Shown: positions 31,282 through 41,205, numbered from the stretch's first letter. The stretch is DNA of 64,000 nt from an uncultured Chloroflexia bacterium (GCA_963765765.1 CAVXYC010000023.1:419927-483926); one strand, 5' to 3'. Notes: a model not told the origin generated them from the letters alone. Translations and numbers: made by a program.

Positions 31282-32326
31282 CTACCTGGGTCGAAAGACC
31301 GCGAAGGCCTTGTTCGAGTTGAAGACGTGCGACTCGATCCAGTCCAGTACGTCGGCTTTGTAGCCCAGCTCGGTCATGGCGCCGGCCAGGCAGACCCAGT
31401 TCAAGAACTCCTGCAGCCCTGACTCCTCGATCTGGGGCACGGTGAGATCGCGCCAGCGATCGAAGTGCCCGTTCCGCAGCTCGTCAACGTGGACGCGGTC
31501 GGCGTCCATATCCGGATAAACCCAGGAGTGCTTGTCCACCAGGAATGCGTGTGACCAGCTGGACGAGGCGATCAGGGCAACGCGGTACGGGCTAGCCAGC
31601 ATAATCCGCGCGGTGGCTCGACCAATATCGAAACAGCGCCTGGGGCTGGGCGACGGCGGGTCGATAGCGTCGTTGAAGATTGCGTACTTCGCGTTCCCAT
31701 GATGGCGGATAACGCCGCTGCCGTAGCAGTTCACCGCGAACGGAATCACGGGGTAATCGAAGCCACGTCGATCGTAGTCCAGGTACACCAGCGTGTTGAT
31801 GTGTGCGTGACTCAAACCATGCTTGTAGGCCGCTCGGTACGCGTAGGCAACGTCGAACTCCTGCGCCAGTAGCTCGCGAATGAGATGCATCGCCGCCGCC
31901 CGATGTCCGCGAATGGGCATCGTAAATTCGGGCGACTCGCCCCAGATGTTGGGAACCTCATCCCCGCCGGGGTGAAACGGCACGGTGGGCTGCTCGTCAA
32001 ACGCGTACACGCAGAACGCCGGTACGACCGTCTCGCGGAAGTTCTCGTACTGGTCGTCCCCCCAGACGAGCACCACGTCGGGCTTGAACTCATCCAGCGC
32101 CGCGCGCACGCGACGGAAGCCTTCGATGAGACGTGCGCGGTGTGAGGCTTCCGCGGCCTCCAGATCCGACCACTCGCGCTGCATCGCCTCGGGCCAGTTC
32201 TCCGGAGATTTCCAGTGCGCTGGGACGGCGTCCTGCTTGATGGGTGTTCTTGAGGATGAACGCCAGATCACCACGGTAGAGCATCAGCGGGTAATGCGTC
32301 ATCCCGATGCCAAGGATCTCGGCCAT
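31282..32326 (-). CDS. LigB-family extradiol ring-cleavage dioxygenase, frameshift near 32265
   Basis: MAEILGIGMTHYP, PDVVLVWGDDQYENF, LSHAH, IASSSWSHAF. Confidence 0.82.
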
Positions 32327-32436
32327 GATGGCCTCCTCGTCGCGTGGTGGCTTGTCCAGTGAGCTTAGCGTAATAGAGAGCGATCCAGCGCTCCCAGTGG
32401 TGGATATTTAGGAATAGGAACTACCTTCGAGGCCCT

Positions 32437-32464
32437 CGTTCCGATAACCTCCATTATCGGCCCG
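32437..32464 (+). repeat. dif-like site 1
   Basis: CGTTCCGATAA-CCTCCA-TTATCGGCCCG. Confidence 0.75.
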
Positions 32465-32518
32465 TGTCTGCCTAGGGGCTCAGCGAAATAGGGGAGATTG
32501 ATCGAGCGAGCTCACTCG

Positions 32519-33515
32519 CTACTGGATGAGTTCGGTGGCCTGAGCGAGGACAGACTGCGGGATGGTCATGCCCAAGTCCCTGTGCGGCCTTGAGATTGAT
32601 CACGAAGTCGAAGGTCGTTGGCTCTTCGACGGGGAGATCGGCCGGTTGGCCCCTTTGAGGATGCTGTCCACGTAGGCGGCGGCGCGCTGGTAGATCACGG
32701 CGTAGTTGGGCCCGTAGGTCGCGAGCCCGCCCAGATCGGTGAACTCGCGATGCTCGTAGAACGCCGCCAGCCGATGCTGCCCGCCAGCTTCGACGACCCG
32801 AGTCGATAGGTGAGGATCGGCGCGGCTGACCGATGGCACCAGCAGCGCGTCAGCACCCCAGTCGTCCGCCGCCGTGAAGGCGCCGGCGAAATGGTCGGCC
32901 GTTCGCGCCGGCACCACCGCACCTGCTGCCCCAGGGTCTGGGCCGCCGCCTCGAAGTTCGCGAGCCGCGGCCCTGTCACTGGACTGTCGGGGTTGGCCAG
33001 GACGGCGACGCGGGAGGCCGTGGGGACGACCTCCTTCAGCCGCTCCATCCGCTTCATGTCGGTGTCATCGCCCGAGGTGCTCAAAGCCGGTGACGTTCCC
33101 GCCCGGCCGCGCGAGACTGGCGACCAGGCCGCTCCGACGAGGTCGGGGACCGCGGCGGCAACGATCGGGATGGTGCTGGTGGCCGGCTTGGCGGCGAGGC
33201 TCGCCGGGCCGCCTATCGCCACGAGGAGATCGGGCTGCAGGTCGACCAGCTCGGCCGCGAGCCCGGGAGGCGCTCGATCTGGCCCTCGGAGAAGCGGTAC
33301 TCGATGTGGATGTTGCTGCCCCTCGCTCGTAGCCGTGCTCGCGCAGCCCCACGGAGGAAGTCGTCGCCCGGTGCGCGGGGGCCAGGAAGCCGATGCGCGG
33401 CATCCTCGCCGTCCGCTGACCCGGCGCCGACAGGACCCCGCAGCCGGCGAGCAGGCTGAGGCCGGTGAGACCAAGGCTGGCGCGCAGGAAGTCTCGACGA
33501 TTCCACGGACTCCAT
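32519..33515 (-). CDS. ABC_sub_bind substrate-binding protein, copy 2 (multiple frameshifts)
   Basis: RRDFLRASLGL, ASLARPGGNVTG, GGLATYGPN, YVDSILKGA; homologous to 37843-38849. Confidence 0.8.
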
Positions 33516-33655
33516 AGCGGCCAGTATAGACCCGGTGGCTTGAGCCCACAATCGGACCATGCACCCACCGCGGTCGGTGCTCGGCCAGACAACGGAGCCG
33601 ATCCAGAAAAGGATCTCTCACGCCCCTCACGGCGCACGCTCCGCGTTTTGAAACA

Positions 33656-33683
33656 AGTTCCGATAACCCGCCTTATCGAACCA
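33656..33683 (+). repeat. dif-like site 2
   Basis: AGTTCCGATAA-CCCGCC-TTATCGAACCA. Confidence 0.75.
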
Positions 33684-33746
33684 TCACCTCCACACTTTGG
33701 TCTCATCCACACGCCAGGCGATTCTGTCAATTCGACAGAGCAGCGT

Positions 33747-34787
33747 CTAGAAGAACACCTCGGCGAGACCGTAAAATTCTGCGTCCACACGTTTGGTGCC
33801 GGCGACAGATCGGAGGTCCACTGGTGTGACATGCTGCCCCTTAACCGCCACCATGACGCCGAAGTGGCCCTCCCGAATCAAATCAACGGCGGCCACGCCC
33901 ACACGGGTCGCCCAGATGCGGTCCAGTGCCGTCGGGGACCCGCCGCGCTGGAGATGTCCGAGGACTGTGACCCGCGCCTCAAATCCGGTGCGCTGTTCAA
34001 TCAGCCGGGCGAGCGTATCACCGACGCCCCGCCGATCCAGGCGGACATGGCCGAACGCATCGGCTTCAGATCCGGCATCCTGCGAGGCGAGCTCGGCCAG
34101 CTCAAGCCCTTCGCACACCACAATGATGCTGAAGTCCTTCCCCTGTTGCCGGCGATCCTGGAGGTGCGTGCAGATGGTGTCAAGGTTCGTCGCCACCTCC
34201 GGCACCACGATGAGGTCGGCGCCACCAGCCAGCCCACCGGCGACAGCCACCCAGCCGGAGTCACGCCCCATTACCTCCACCACAAGGACTCGATGATGGG
34301 CAGTGGCGGTGGTGTGGAGTCGGTCCAGTGCGTCCGCCACGATCTGAACGGCGGTGTAGAAACCGATACAGTAGTCGGTTTCGGTCAGGTCATTGTCGAC
34401 GGTCTTGGGCACCCCGACGACCTTGCATCCGAGCTCTGATAGACGAGCCGCTACCGACAACGTATCATCGCCGCCGATCGCAACGAGTGCGTCGATGTTC
34501 ACGCGACGCAGATTCTCAAGAACCTGCTGGAGGTCTTCGGGCCGCTTGAGTGGATTGGTGCGCGACGTTCCCAGGATGGTACCGCCGATATGCAAGATGC
34601 CAGAAACCACGCGCGGGGTCAGTGGTTCCGTATCGCCCGAGTCGAGCAGGCCAGCCCAGCCGTTGCGAACCCCGAGCACGGAATAGCCGTATTGAAAGGA
34701 CCTTCGCGCCACGGCTCGAATCGCGGCATTGAGCCCCGGGGCATCCCCCCCGCCTGTCAAGATGCCAATGTTCAATGTGATCTCCAA
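33747..34787 (-). CDS. pfkA: 6-phosphofructokinase, probably PPi-dependent
   Basis: TGGGDAPGLNAAIR, GGTILGTSR, GGDDT and PKTVDND (Asp104/Lys124-type residues associated with PPi use), VMGR, LGHLQRGG. Confidence 0.92.
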   Translation of the reverse strand: MEITLNIGILTGGGDAPGLNAAIRAVARRSFQYGYSVLGVRNGWAGLLDSGDTEPLTPRVVSGILHIGGTILGTSRTNPLKRPEDLQQVLENLRRVNIDALVAIGGDDTLSVAARLSELGCKVVGVPKTVDNDLTETDYCIGFYTAVQIVADALDRLHTTATAHHRVLVVEVMGRDSGWVAVAGGLAGGADLIVVPEVATNLDTICTHLQDRRQQGKDFSIIVVCEGLELAELASQDAGSEADAFGHVRLDRRGVGDTLARLIEQRTGFEARVTVLGHLQRGGSPTALDRIWATRVGVAAVDLIREGHFGVMVAVKGQHVTPVDLRSVAGTKRVDAEFYGLAEVFF

Positions 34788-35293
34788 AACGCTCTCGGTG
34801 CGCCCAGGAATACGCTGGGCCGCTCACAGTGTCAAACGGAGGTGTTCGCCAGGGCACAATGAGATCAGACCGAGAGCCCATTGCGGCGAGTGGAGGAAGT
34901 TAGCACACAGAAACCTGTCGCAGGGAATCAACCTGCGCGCCTCGTCACGGAGATATTCCCGTTTCGACGGTGATGATTGAATCTTCGTGAACAGATGGAG
35001 ATTCTAGACGGATACCCAGGGTTGATCCCAGCGCTTATGAATTCATGCGCCAAGAGGAGACCCGTGAGAGTAGATGGCTTACACAACGGTTCAAAAACCC
35101 CGTGCTACTCCTCATCTTGAGCTGAGCGGATCTGCGATGCTCGCCAAGTGGACCTTCACTATCGGTCGGACGCCCCAACATTCGACTTCTGCTGGTTGCC
35201 ACGCTTAGACAGGCCCTGTTTTCCTCCTGAGGCTTTAGATCTGCCGCAGGCTGCTAAGCCAGGCTGGGGCCTACCGGCTCATCGCCTCCACCC

Positions 35294-35387
35294 AGTTCCT
35301 GTAATCGCCATTCTCGGAACCGTCACCATCCGATAATCCGCCTTATCAGACAGTTCGCAAGTAGCCCTAATCCCCATTAACAGGCGA
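35294..35387 (+). repeat. Cluster of dif-like sites 3a/3b/3c
   Basis: AGTTCCTGTAA-TCGCCA-TTCTCGGAACC (35294), CCATCCGATAA-TCCGCC-TTATCAGACAG (35326), degenerate AGTAGCCCTAA-TCCCCA-TTAACAGGCGA (35360). Confidence 0.7.
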
Positions 35388-35745
35388 TGGCGTCAGGTCG
35401 ATGAGAGCTCGGTCGGATCAAATCGCTGGAGCATGCGCTGCACCTGCCCGTAGTGCTGTTCTTCGAGCACCGCCTCTTCGTCGATGCGCACCGCGGTGGC
35501 CTCGTTGCCGCGGTCTCCTCACCAGGCGCTGTCGTGTCGCCGCGGAGCACCTATCAAGAAACGGACTGAGTCCTCGCCTGCCGAGCAGTCAAGCGGACCG
35601 GTGGTAGTCACTCCTTCGGTCCACTCCATCGGGCCCCCGACATCCGCCAGTAACCGGTCGGGGCTCTTCGCTATCCGGCCGGCCTCGGTGGGTATACTCT
35701 AAGCCGGCACTGCCGAGCCCTAGATAGAGGTTGTTCCCGATCGTG

Positions 35746-36096
35746 ATGTTGATACGCGTGCTCGCTCTCGCGCTCCTGGCGCTGCCGCTCATGCTGGCGT
35801 CCCCCGTGGCGCAGGCACAGACCAGCCAGTGCACCGGGCAGTTCGCCGCCCTTGAAGCGACCATCCAGGGTGCCGAATCCCTGAACAAGAGGACCCGGGC
35901 GAGTTTCCTGGGTAAGGCGCAGGATGCCCAGGCGAAGCTCGCCGCGGGCAAGTCGGCGGATGCCGCCCGAAAGCTCGACGATATCAAGAGCTCGCTCGCG
36001 CAGCTCGAGCAGGCGGGCAAGGTCAGCTCGACCGACGCCGCGGCGATTCGCGCGGCGACCGATGCCGCCCTGGGGTGCGTGACACCCAGTAGCTGA
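35746..36096 (+). CDS. Small secreted alpha-helical protein (FIMAH-like)
   Basis: Signal peptide ending AQA, two Cys, amphipathic helices, followed by terminator. Confidence 0.7.
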   Translation: MLIRVLALALLALPLMLASPVAQAQTSQCTGQFAALEATIQGAESLNKRTRASFLGKAQDAQAKLAAGKSADAARKLDDIKSSLAQLEQAGKVSSTDAAAIRAATDAALGCVTPSS

Positions 36097-36120
36097 CGTC
36101 CAGCGACTGACGAAACGGAG

Positions 36121-36148
36121 AGAAGGCCCGCTTCGGCGGGTTTCTTCA
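36121..36148 (+). terminator. Intrinsic terminator
   Basis: AGAAGGCCCGC-TTCG-GCGGGTTTCTT. Confidence 0.75.
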
Positions 36149-36235
36149 TCGCGCCCGCTTTCAGCCCCTGGATGGAGCGGCACTTCCTGCACCGCTGATG
36201 GCTCACCGCGCTCGTTACCATCTCCCTGCGAGTCC

Positions 36236-36294
36236 GGTTCCTGTAATCCCCATTCCCGGGAACCCGCAATCCGATAATCCCTATTATCGGCCGA
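36236..36294 (+). repeat. Paired dif-like sites 4a/4b
   Basis: GGTTCCTGTAA-TCCCCA-TTCCCGGGAAC (36236) and CAATCCGATAA-TCCCTA-TTATCGGCCGA (36267). Confidence 0.75.
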
Positions 36295-36343
36295 CCCGCT
36301 AAGCTTGAGCCCCGCTGCCATAGCGATGTAGCCCAGAGGTTTC

Positions 36344-36856
36344 ATGGCCAGGGAGTATCGATCCCCGAGCAGAGGAGGATGCGACCATGGCGCAGGGAAC
36401 GTCACCGACGAGGAACTTGCCGCACTCATTCAGCGCACTGCGGAAGCCGCCAAGGCCTATATCCGTGGGGATATGCGCACCTACTTCACGCTGATTCGGC
36501 ACGGGGACGACTACACGCTCATGTCACCGTTCGGCGGAGAACCGACACGCGGCTTCGACACCTCGCCCGAGCGCCTCGAAGCCCTGGAGCGCTACTTTCA
36601 GAACGGCGAAGCGGAACTGGAGGTGGTGCAGACCTACACGTCCGGCGATCTGGTCGTGCTGGTGGTGATCGAACGGCAGCATGGCGAGGTCGGTGGACTG
36701 CCGGACCAGGACTGGTCGCTGCGCGTGACCTTGGTCTTTCGGCGTGACGGATCGGAGTGGCGGCAGGTGCATCGGCATGCCGACCCGCTGGTCCATGGCA
36801 TCAGCCTGGAGCAACTCGCGGCGCTCGCTCGCGGAGCGGATGACCCGGTACGCTGA
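36344..36856 (+). CDS. SnoaL/NTF2-like (DUF4440-type) protein
   Basis: YTLMSPFGG, SGDLVVLVVIER, WSLRVTLVFRRDGSEWRQVHRHADPL; true start probably ATG 36388 (RBS GGAGG) with an indel. Confidence 0.8.
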   Translation: MAREYRSPSRGGCDHGAGNVTDEELAALIQRTAEAAKAYIRGDMRTYFTLIRHGDDYTLMSPFGGEPTRGFDTSPERLEALERYFQNGEAELEVVQTYTSGDLVVLVVIERQHGEVGGLPDQDWSLRVTLVFRRDGSEWRQVHRHADPLVHGISLEQLAALARGADDPVR

Positions 36857-36914
36857 CACGTTCCCGGTCCTGGCTGAGGCGACCCACGTCATCCCGTCAT
36901 CACCGGCGCGTCAA

Positions 36915-36942
36915 CGTTCCGATAACCCCCATTATCAGAATG
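36915..36942 (+). repeat. dif-like site 5
   Basis: CGTTCCGATAA-CCCCCA-TTATCAGAATG. Confidence 0.75.
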
Positions 36943-36966
36943 AAAGCCCACTAGTTCGGTTGTTGA

Positions 36967-37548
36967 TCAGCGGGATAATAGGTACAGATGTGAACACCAG
37001 TTCCGCTTATGGTCGTCTTGGCTAGTCGAAGTGGGCGCGCATTCCCATCGTCGGGGAACAGGCGCTTGCCCCCCAAGCAGTATCGGCTCGATCATCAATC
37101 GATACTCGTCGACAAGGTCGTGCTCGATGAGCGCTTTGACCAAGCTGGCGCTCCCCATAACCTGCAGTCCGCCCTCCTTCACGCCTACGTGGATCCCGTA
37201 CAGCGCCAATCGCATCTTGAGGCGGCAGCAAGGTGGAAACTTCCCAGTTGAGATCGCCCTGCCCTAGCGTACGGGAGGCAAGATACTTGGGGATTGCATT
37301 CGATCTGCAAATGAATCGCCCGGCCCGCTCGGGCCACGCTGCAGCCATGATCTGCCAGGTGCGACGACCGAAAAGCAGCGCCTCGGTTCCGTCCATGACT
37401 TCATAGGGACCGGTCCCATCGTGTACGGATCGAAATATTGCGTGGACAGACCGCCGTGAGCGAAGCCGCCGTCCGGATCATCCTGTGGCTGACCTGGCGC
37501 CTGAACTACACCGTCCAAGCTCATGAAGTCGCTAACAATAAGGCGCAT
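36967..37548 (-). pseudogene. Dihydrofolate reductase/RibD C-terminal family protein, several frameshifts
   Basis: MRLIVSDFMSLDGVVQAPG, ALLFGRRTWQ, GSASLVKALIEHDLVDEYRLMIEPILLG in three frames. Confidence 0.8.
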
Positions 37549-37742
37549 CTCGATGCTCCCTACAGCCAAGAGTCAACGCTGATGGAGTGCTCGCTGCAAG
37601 AGCTGTACCGTCATTCGGTGAGGCGAGGACGGACTAGTGCGTCCCTTTTCCCTTTGAGCGAGCGCCAAGCCTAGATGTGGGACTGCCCCAAGCGGGAGCT
37701 CTTAGCGCAGTGTCGACACGCGCGGAGATCCCCAGGAGTAGA

Positions 37743-37789
37743 GCCTCGTTCCGATAAGCCTCGTTCCGATAACCCTCATTATCGGCCGT
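37743..37789 (+). repeat. dif-like site 6 with tandemly duplicated left arm
   Basis: GCCTCGTTCCGATAA x2, then CCCTCA-TTATCGGCCGT. Confidence 0.78.
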
Positions 37790-37842
37790 GCCTGCCTGGG
37801 GGCTCTGCGAAAGAGGGGAGTTTGCGCGAGCGAGGTCACTCG

Positions 37843-38849
37843 CTACTGGATGATCTCGGTGGCCTGCGGCAGGACCGACTGCGGGATGGTCAGCCCAAGC
37901 GCCTGCGCGGTCTTGAGGTTGATCACGAAGTCGAAAGTCGTGGGCTGCTCGAACGGCATATCGGCAGGGTTGGCGCCCTTGAGGATCCTATCCACGTAGG
38001 CAGCGGCACCCTGGTAGATCTCGGTATAGTTTGGCCCGTAGCTCGCGAGCCCGCCCACATCGGTGAAATCACTGTGTTCGTAGAACGCCGCAGCCGGTGC
38101 TGGGCCGCCAGCTCGACGACCCGAGTGGGGTAACTGGTGGCAGGGGTACCCGATGGCACCAGCAGCGCGTCGGCATCCCAGTCGACCGCCGCTGCAAAGG
38201 CGCCGATGAGATCATCGGCCGTCCGCGCCGGCACCAGTCGCACCTGTTGCCCGAGGGCCTGGGCTGCCGCCTCGAAGCTCGCTAGGCGCGGCCCTGTCGT
38301 TACACCGTTGGGGTTGGCCAGGATGGCAACGCGGGAGGCAGTGGGGACCACCTCCTTCAGCCGCTCCATGCGCTTCATGTCGGTGCCATAGCCTATGGTG
38401 CTCAGCCCGGTGACGTTCCCGCCCGGCCGCGCGAGACTGGCGACCAGGCCGCTCCCGACCGGGTCAATGACCACGGCAACGATCGGGATGGTGCTGGTGG
38501 CCTGCTTGGCGGCGAGGCTCGCCGCGGGATCTGTCGTCACGAGGACATCGAGCTGCAAGTCGACTAGCTCGACGCCGAGCGCCGGCAACCGGTTGTTGTC
38601 ACTGTCCGCGAAGCGGTACTCGATGTGGATGTTCCTTCCGTCCTCGTAGCCGTGCTCGCGCAGGCCACGGAGAAAGTCCTCGATCGGGCCCGCCGCACCT
38701 TCGCGTGTGCGGTTGGTCAGGAAGCCAATCCGCGGCGTCCTCGCTGTCCCCCGACCCGGCGCCGACACGACCCCGCGACCGGCGAGCAGGCTCAGGCCGG
38801 TGAGGCCAAGGCCAGCGCGCAGAAATTCGCGACGACTCGACGGGTCCAT
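37843..38849 (-). CDS. ABC_sub_bind substrate-binding protein, copy 3 (one frameshift near 38090)
   Basis: SRREFLRAGLGL, GYEDGRNIHIEYRF, ASLARPGGNVTGLS, YVDRILKGANPADMPFEQPTTFDFVINLKTA. Confidence 0.88.
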
Positions 38850-38983
38850 GGCGGCCAGTATAAATCTGAGCCCGCCGATCGAACCGTTCACCCCACCGCG
38901 GTCAGCGATCGGCCAGGCAACGGAGCCGATCCAGAAAGGGATCTCTCGCGCCCTCCCCGGCGCCCGCTCCGCGTTTTGAAACA

Positions 38984-39011
38984 GGGTCCGATAACCCGCC
39001 TTCCCAGACGG
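38984..39011 (+). repeat. dif-like site 7
   Basis: GGGTCCGATAA-CCCGCC-TTCCCAGACGG; extra half-site TTATCGGACCA at 39078. Confidence 0.68.
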
Positions 39012-39433
39012 TTCTCTCCCCCAGGCTGATCTCAATTCGCCGATTTCCATCGTCCAGATAGTTGCCCGCGGACAGGTTTATCGGACCATGTTTACCGGGT
39101 TCACAGTTCACTTCGCGTAGCGCCCGTCAATGTCAGGTCAAGACAATAGCACGGGGATTCGACGGACGTCCCATCGCGGACCAATGCGCGCTCGATAGCG
39201 CTGACACGATCTCGCGCTTCTGGGGTGGACCCCTTCCCAATCAGTTGTTGCTCCGGTACCTCCCTGTTACCATGGAAGCCGCCTGGATCGGACCGCTTTT
39301 GGCAGCCACAGACCATCATGCCGGCGCTCGAGTCGGCACACACTGCTGCCGCATCTTCACTCGGAAGCGTGGGAACATTACCGCCTAGAGATACGGTCGC
39401 TCGGGCCGCCAGCGTCGAATTGGAGATGAGAGC

Positions 39434-41155
39434 ATGCGAATGACGCGATTCCTGCCACTGTTACTGGTCGGCCTCCTGGTTGCCTGCGCACCCAGCGCGC
39501 CCCGTTCTGAGCCGACGTCGGCTCCGGCCGCCAAGGCGGCGGCCACAACGGCGGCTGCGTCTGCGACCGTCGCCCCACCGAGTAAATCAGAGGCAGGAGC
39601 GGCGGCCTCGCAGGCGACTCCTGCCGATCAATGCGAACCAGGGAAGGAGCATTGGCGTTCTCCCGGCCCGGCTAAGCGAGGAGGCAGCATTACCCGTGCA
39701 GGCACGCTTACGGCGCTTGATCCAACCAAGGCAGTTGGCTCGGGCGATCCTGGTCCCCAGATTTACAACACCCTGGTCGAGACGCGTGGCTGCCGTTACG
39801 GCGATCCGGTCATGGCGCCCAGTCTGGCGAAATCTTGGGATATCTCGCCAGATGGGCTTACCTACACGCTTCACTTGAATCCGGCCGCCAAATGGCAGAA
39901 CAAGCCGCCGGTCAACGGTCGACCTTTCACTTCAGCGGACGTGGCCTGGAGTATTGAGTACCACAAGAGCGGCACCGTCGTTCGCTCACTCTGGGAGGGC
40001 GTCACGCATGAAGAGCCCGATCCCCAGACTGTCGTACTGAAGCTCCAGCAGCCCGATGCGGACTTCATGGGCAAGCTCGGCCACTATCAGAACGTCATGT
40101 TGGCGCATGAGGTGAAGGAGCAGAACGGCGACTTTTCCACGGTGGTCGTCGGTACCGGTGCGTTCATGCTGCAGGACTACAAACCCGGCCAGGAATCTAC
40201 CATGGTCCGCAACCCGGATTACTGGGAGATGGGTAACGACGGTCAGCCGCTGCCTTACTTTGATTCAGTCAAGACCGTTGAGTTCCAGGATTACAACGCC
40301 GAGGTCGCGGCCTTCCGAGGCGGCCAGATCGACTACACCGGCACGTTTGGGCTGCTGAAGCTGGAAGCGGATGCGATGAAGGCCGGTAACCCGAAGCTGG
40401 TGGTCACTCAGGAGCTTCAGTTCACGCACGCTGGCATCTGGTTCCGCCTGGATAAGGCGCCCTGGAACGATGTGCGCGTACGCAAGGCGGTCCTTATGAC
40501 GCTGGATCGCGAGGACCTCATTGCCAGCAATCGCGGCGGCGCGGTTCACTCGGGCTACGTGCCCGCGGCCATGCCGGAATATGCCTGGCCGGAAGCCAAG
40601 ATGATCGATAAGTTCAAACTCGATCGTGAGGGTGCCAAGAAGCTTCTTGCCGAAGCCGGCATCGCGCCTGGCAGCATCGACGTCACGCTCAAGACGGCCT
40701 CACAGTTTGCCGAGGACGCGGAGGTGGCCCAACAGCACCTCGCGGCCATTGGTATCCAGACAAAGGTCGTGGTTGAAGGTCGCAACTTCACGACAATCAT
40801 CAACGGCTTGAACTTCGACGACCTTGGGTGGGGAGTAAATCCCGGCCAGCCAAACCTGAACTACTGGGTGGGCGATTTCATCCGCACAGGCGCGTCGTTC
40901 AACTCAATCAAGTTCAGCGACGCGCAGGCTGACCAGCTCGCCATCGCTCAATCCAAGGAGCTGGACCCGGTCAAGCGCAAGGAGCTCACCGATCAACTTC
41001 AGGATCGGCTGTACGAGACGGTGCCTTACGCACCCACCGTCAGCCGCATCTACTATCACTTCATCTCCTGCCGAATTAAGAATTCGTCGCTCGGCAAGCC
41101 CAACCACAACCAGGTGTCCATGAAGCAGGCATGGGTCGATCCGACCGGGTGCTAG
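39434..41155 (+). CDS. Family 5 (peptide/nickel-type) ABC substrate-binding lipoprotein
   Basis: Lipobox LVAC, LAKSWDISPDGLTYTLHL, GTGAFML, RNPDYW, DVRVRKA. Confidence 0.9.
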   Translation: MRMTRFLPLLLVGLLVACAPSAPRSEPTSAPAAKAAATTAAASATVAPPSKSEAGAAASQATPADQCEPGKEHWRSPGPAKRGGSITRAGTLTALDPTKAVGSGDPGPQIYNTLVETRGCRYGDPVMAPSLAKSWDISPDGLTYTLHLNPAAKWQNKPPVNGRPFTSADVAWSIEYHKSGTVVRSLWEGVTHEEPDPQTVVLKLQQPDADFMGKLGHYQNVMLAHEVKEQNGDFSTVVVGTGAFMLQDYKPGQESTMVRNPDYWEMGNDGQPLPYFDSVKTVEFQDYNAEVAAFRGGQIDYTGTFGLLKLEADAMKAGNPKLVVTQELQFTHAGIWFRLDKAPWNDVRVRKAVLMTLDREDLIASNRGGAVHSGYVPAAMPEYAWPEAKMIDKFKLDREGAKKLLAEAGIAPGSIDVTLKTASQFAEDAEVAQQHLAAIGIQTKVVVEGRNFTTIINGLNFDDLGWGVNPGQPNLNYWVGDFIRTGASFNSIKFSDAQADQLAIAQSKELDPVKRKELTDQLQDRLYETVPYAPTVSRIYYHFISCRIKNSSLGKPNHNQVSMKQAWVDPTGC

Positions 41156-41205
41156 CACCCGTAAGCATCGAGGGGAGTGCCCTCAAGTCACGCTGACGGT
41201 GGCAT

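Noticed and set aside
32437-39011. CRISPR array or classical integron
   Set aside because: The intervals are 0.6-1.6 kb genes rather than 30-40-nt spacers. There are no cas or intI genes, the sites lack the RYYYAAC...GTTRRRY attC structure, and the genes are in mixed orientation.
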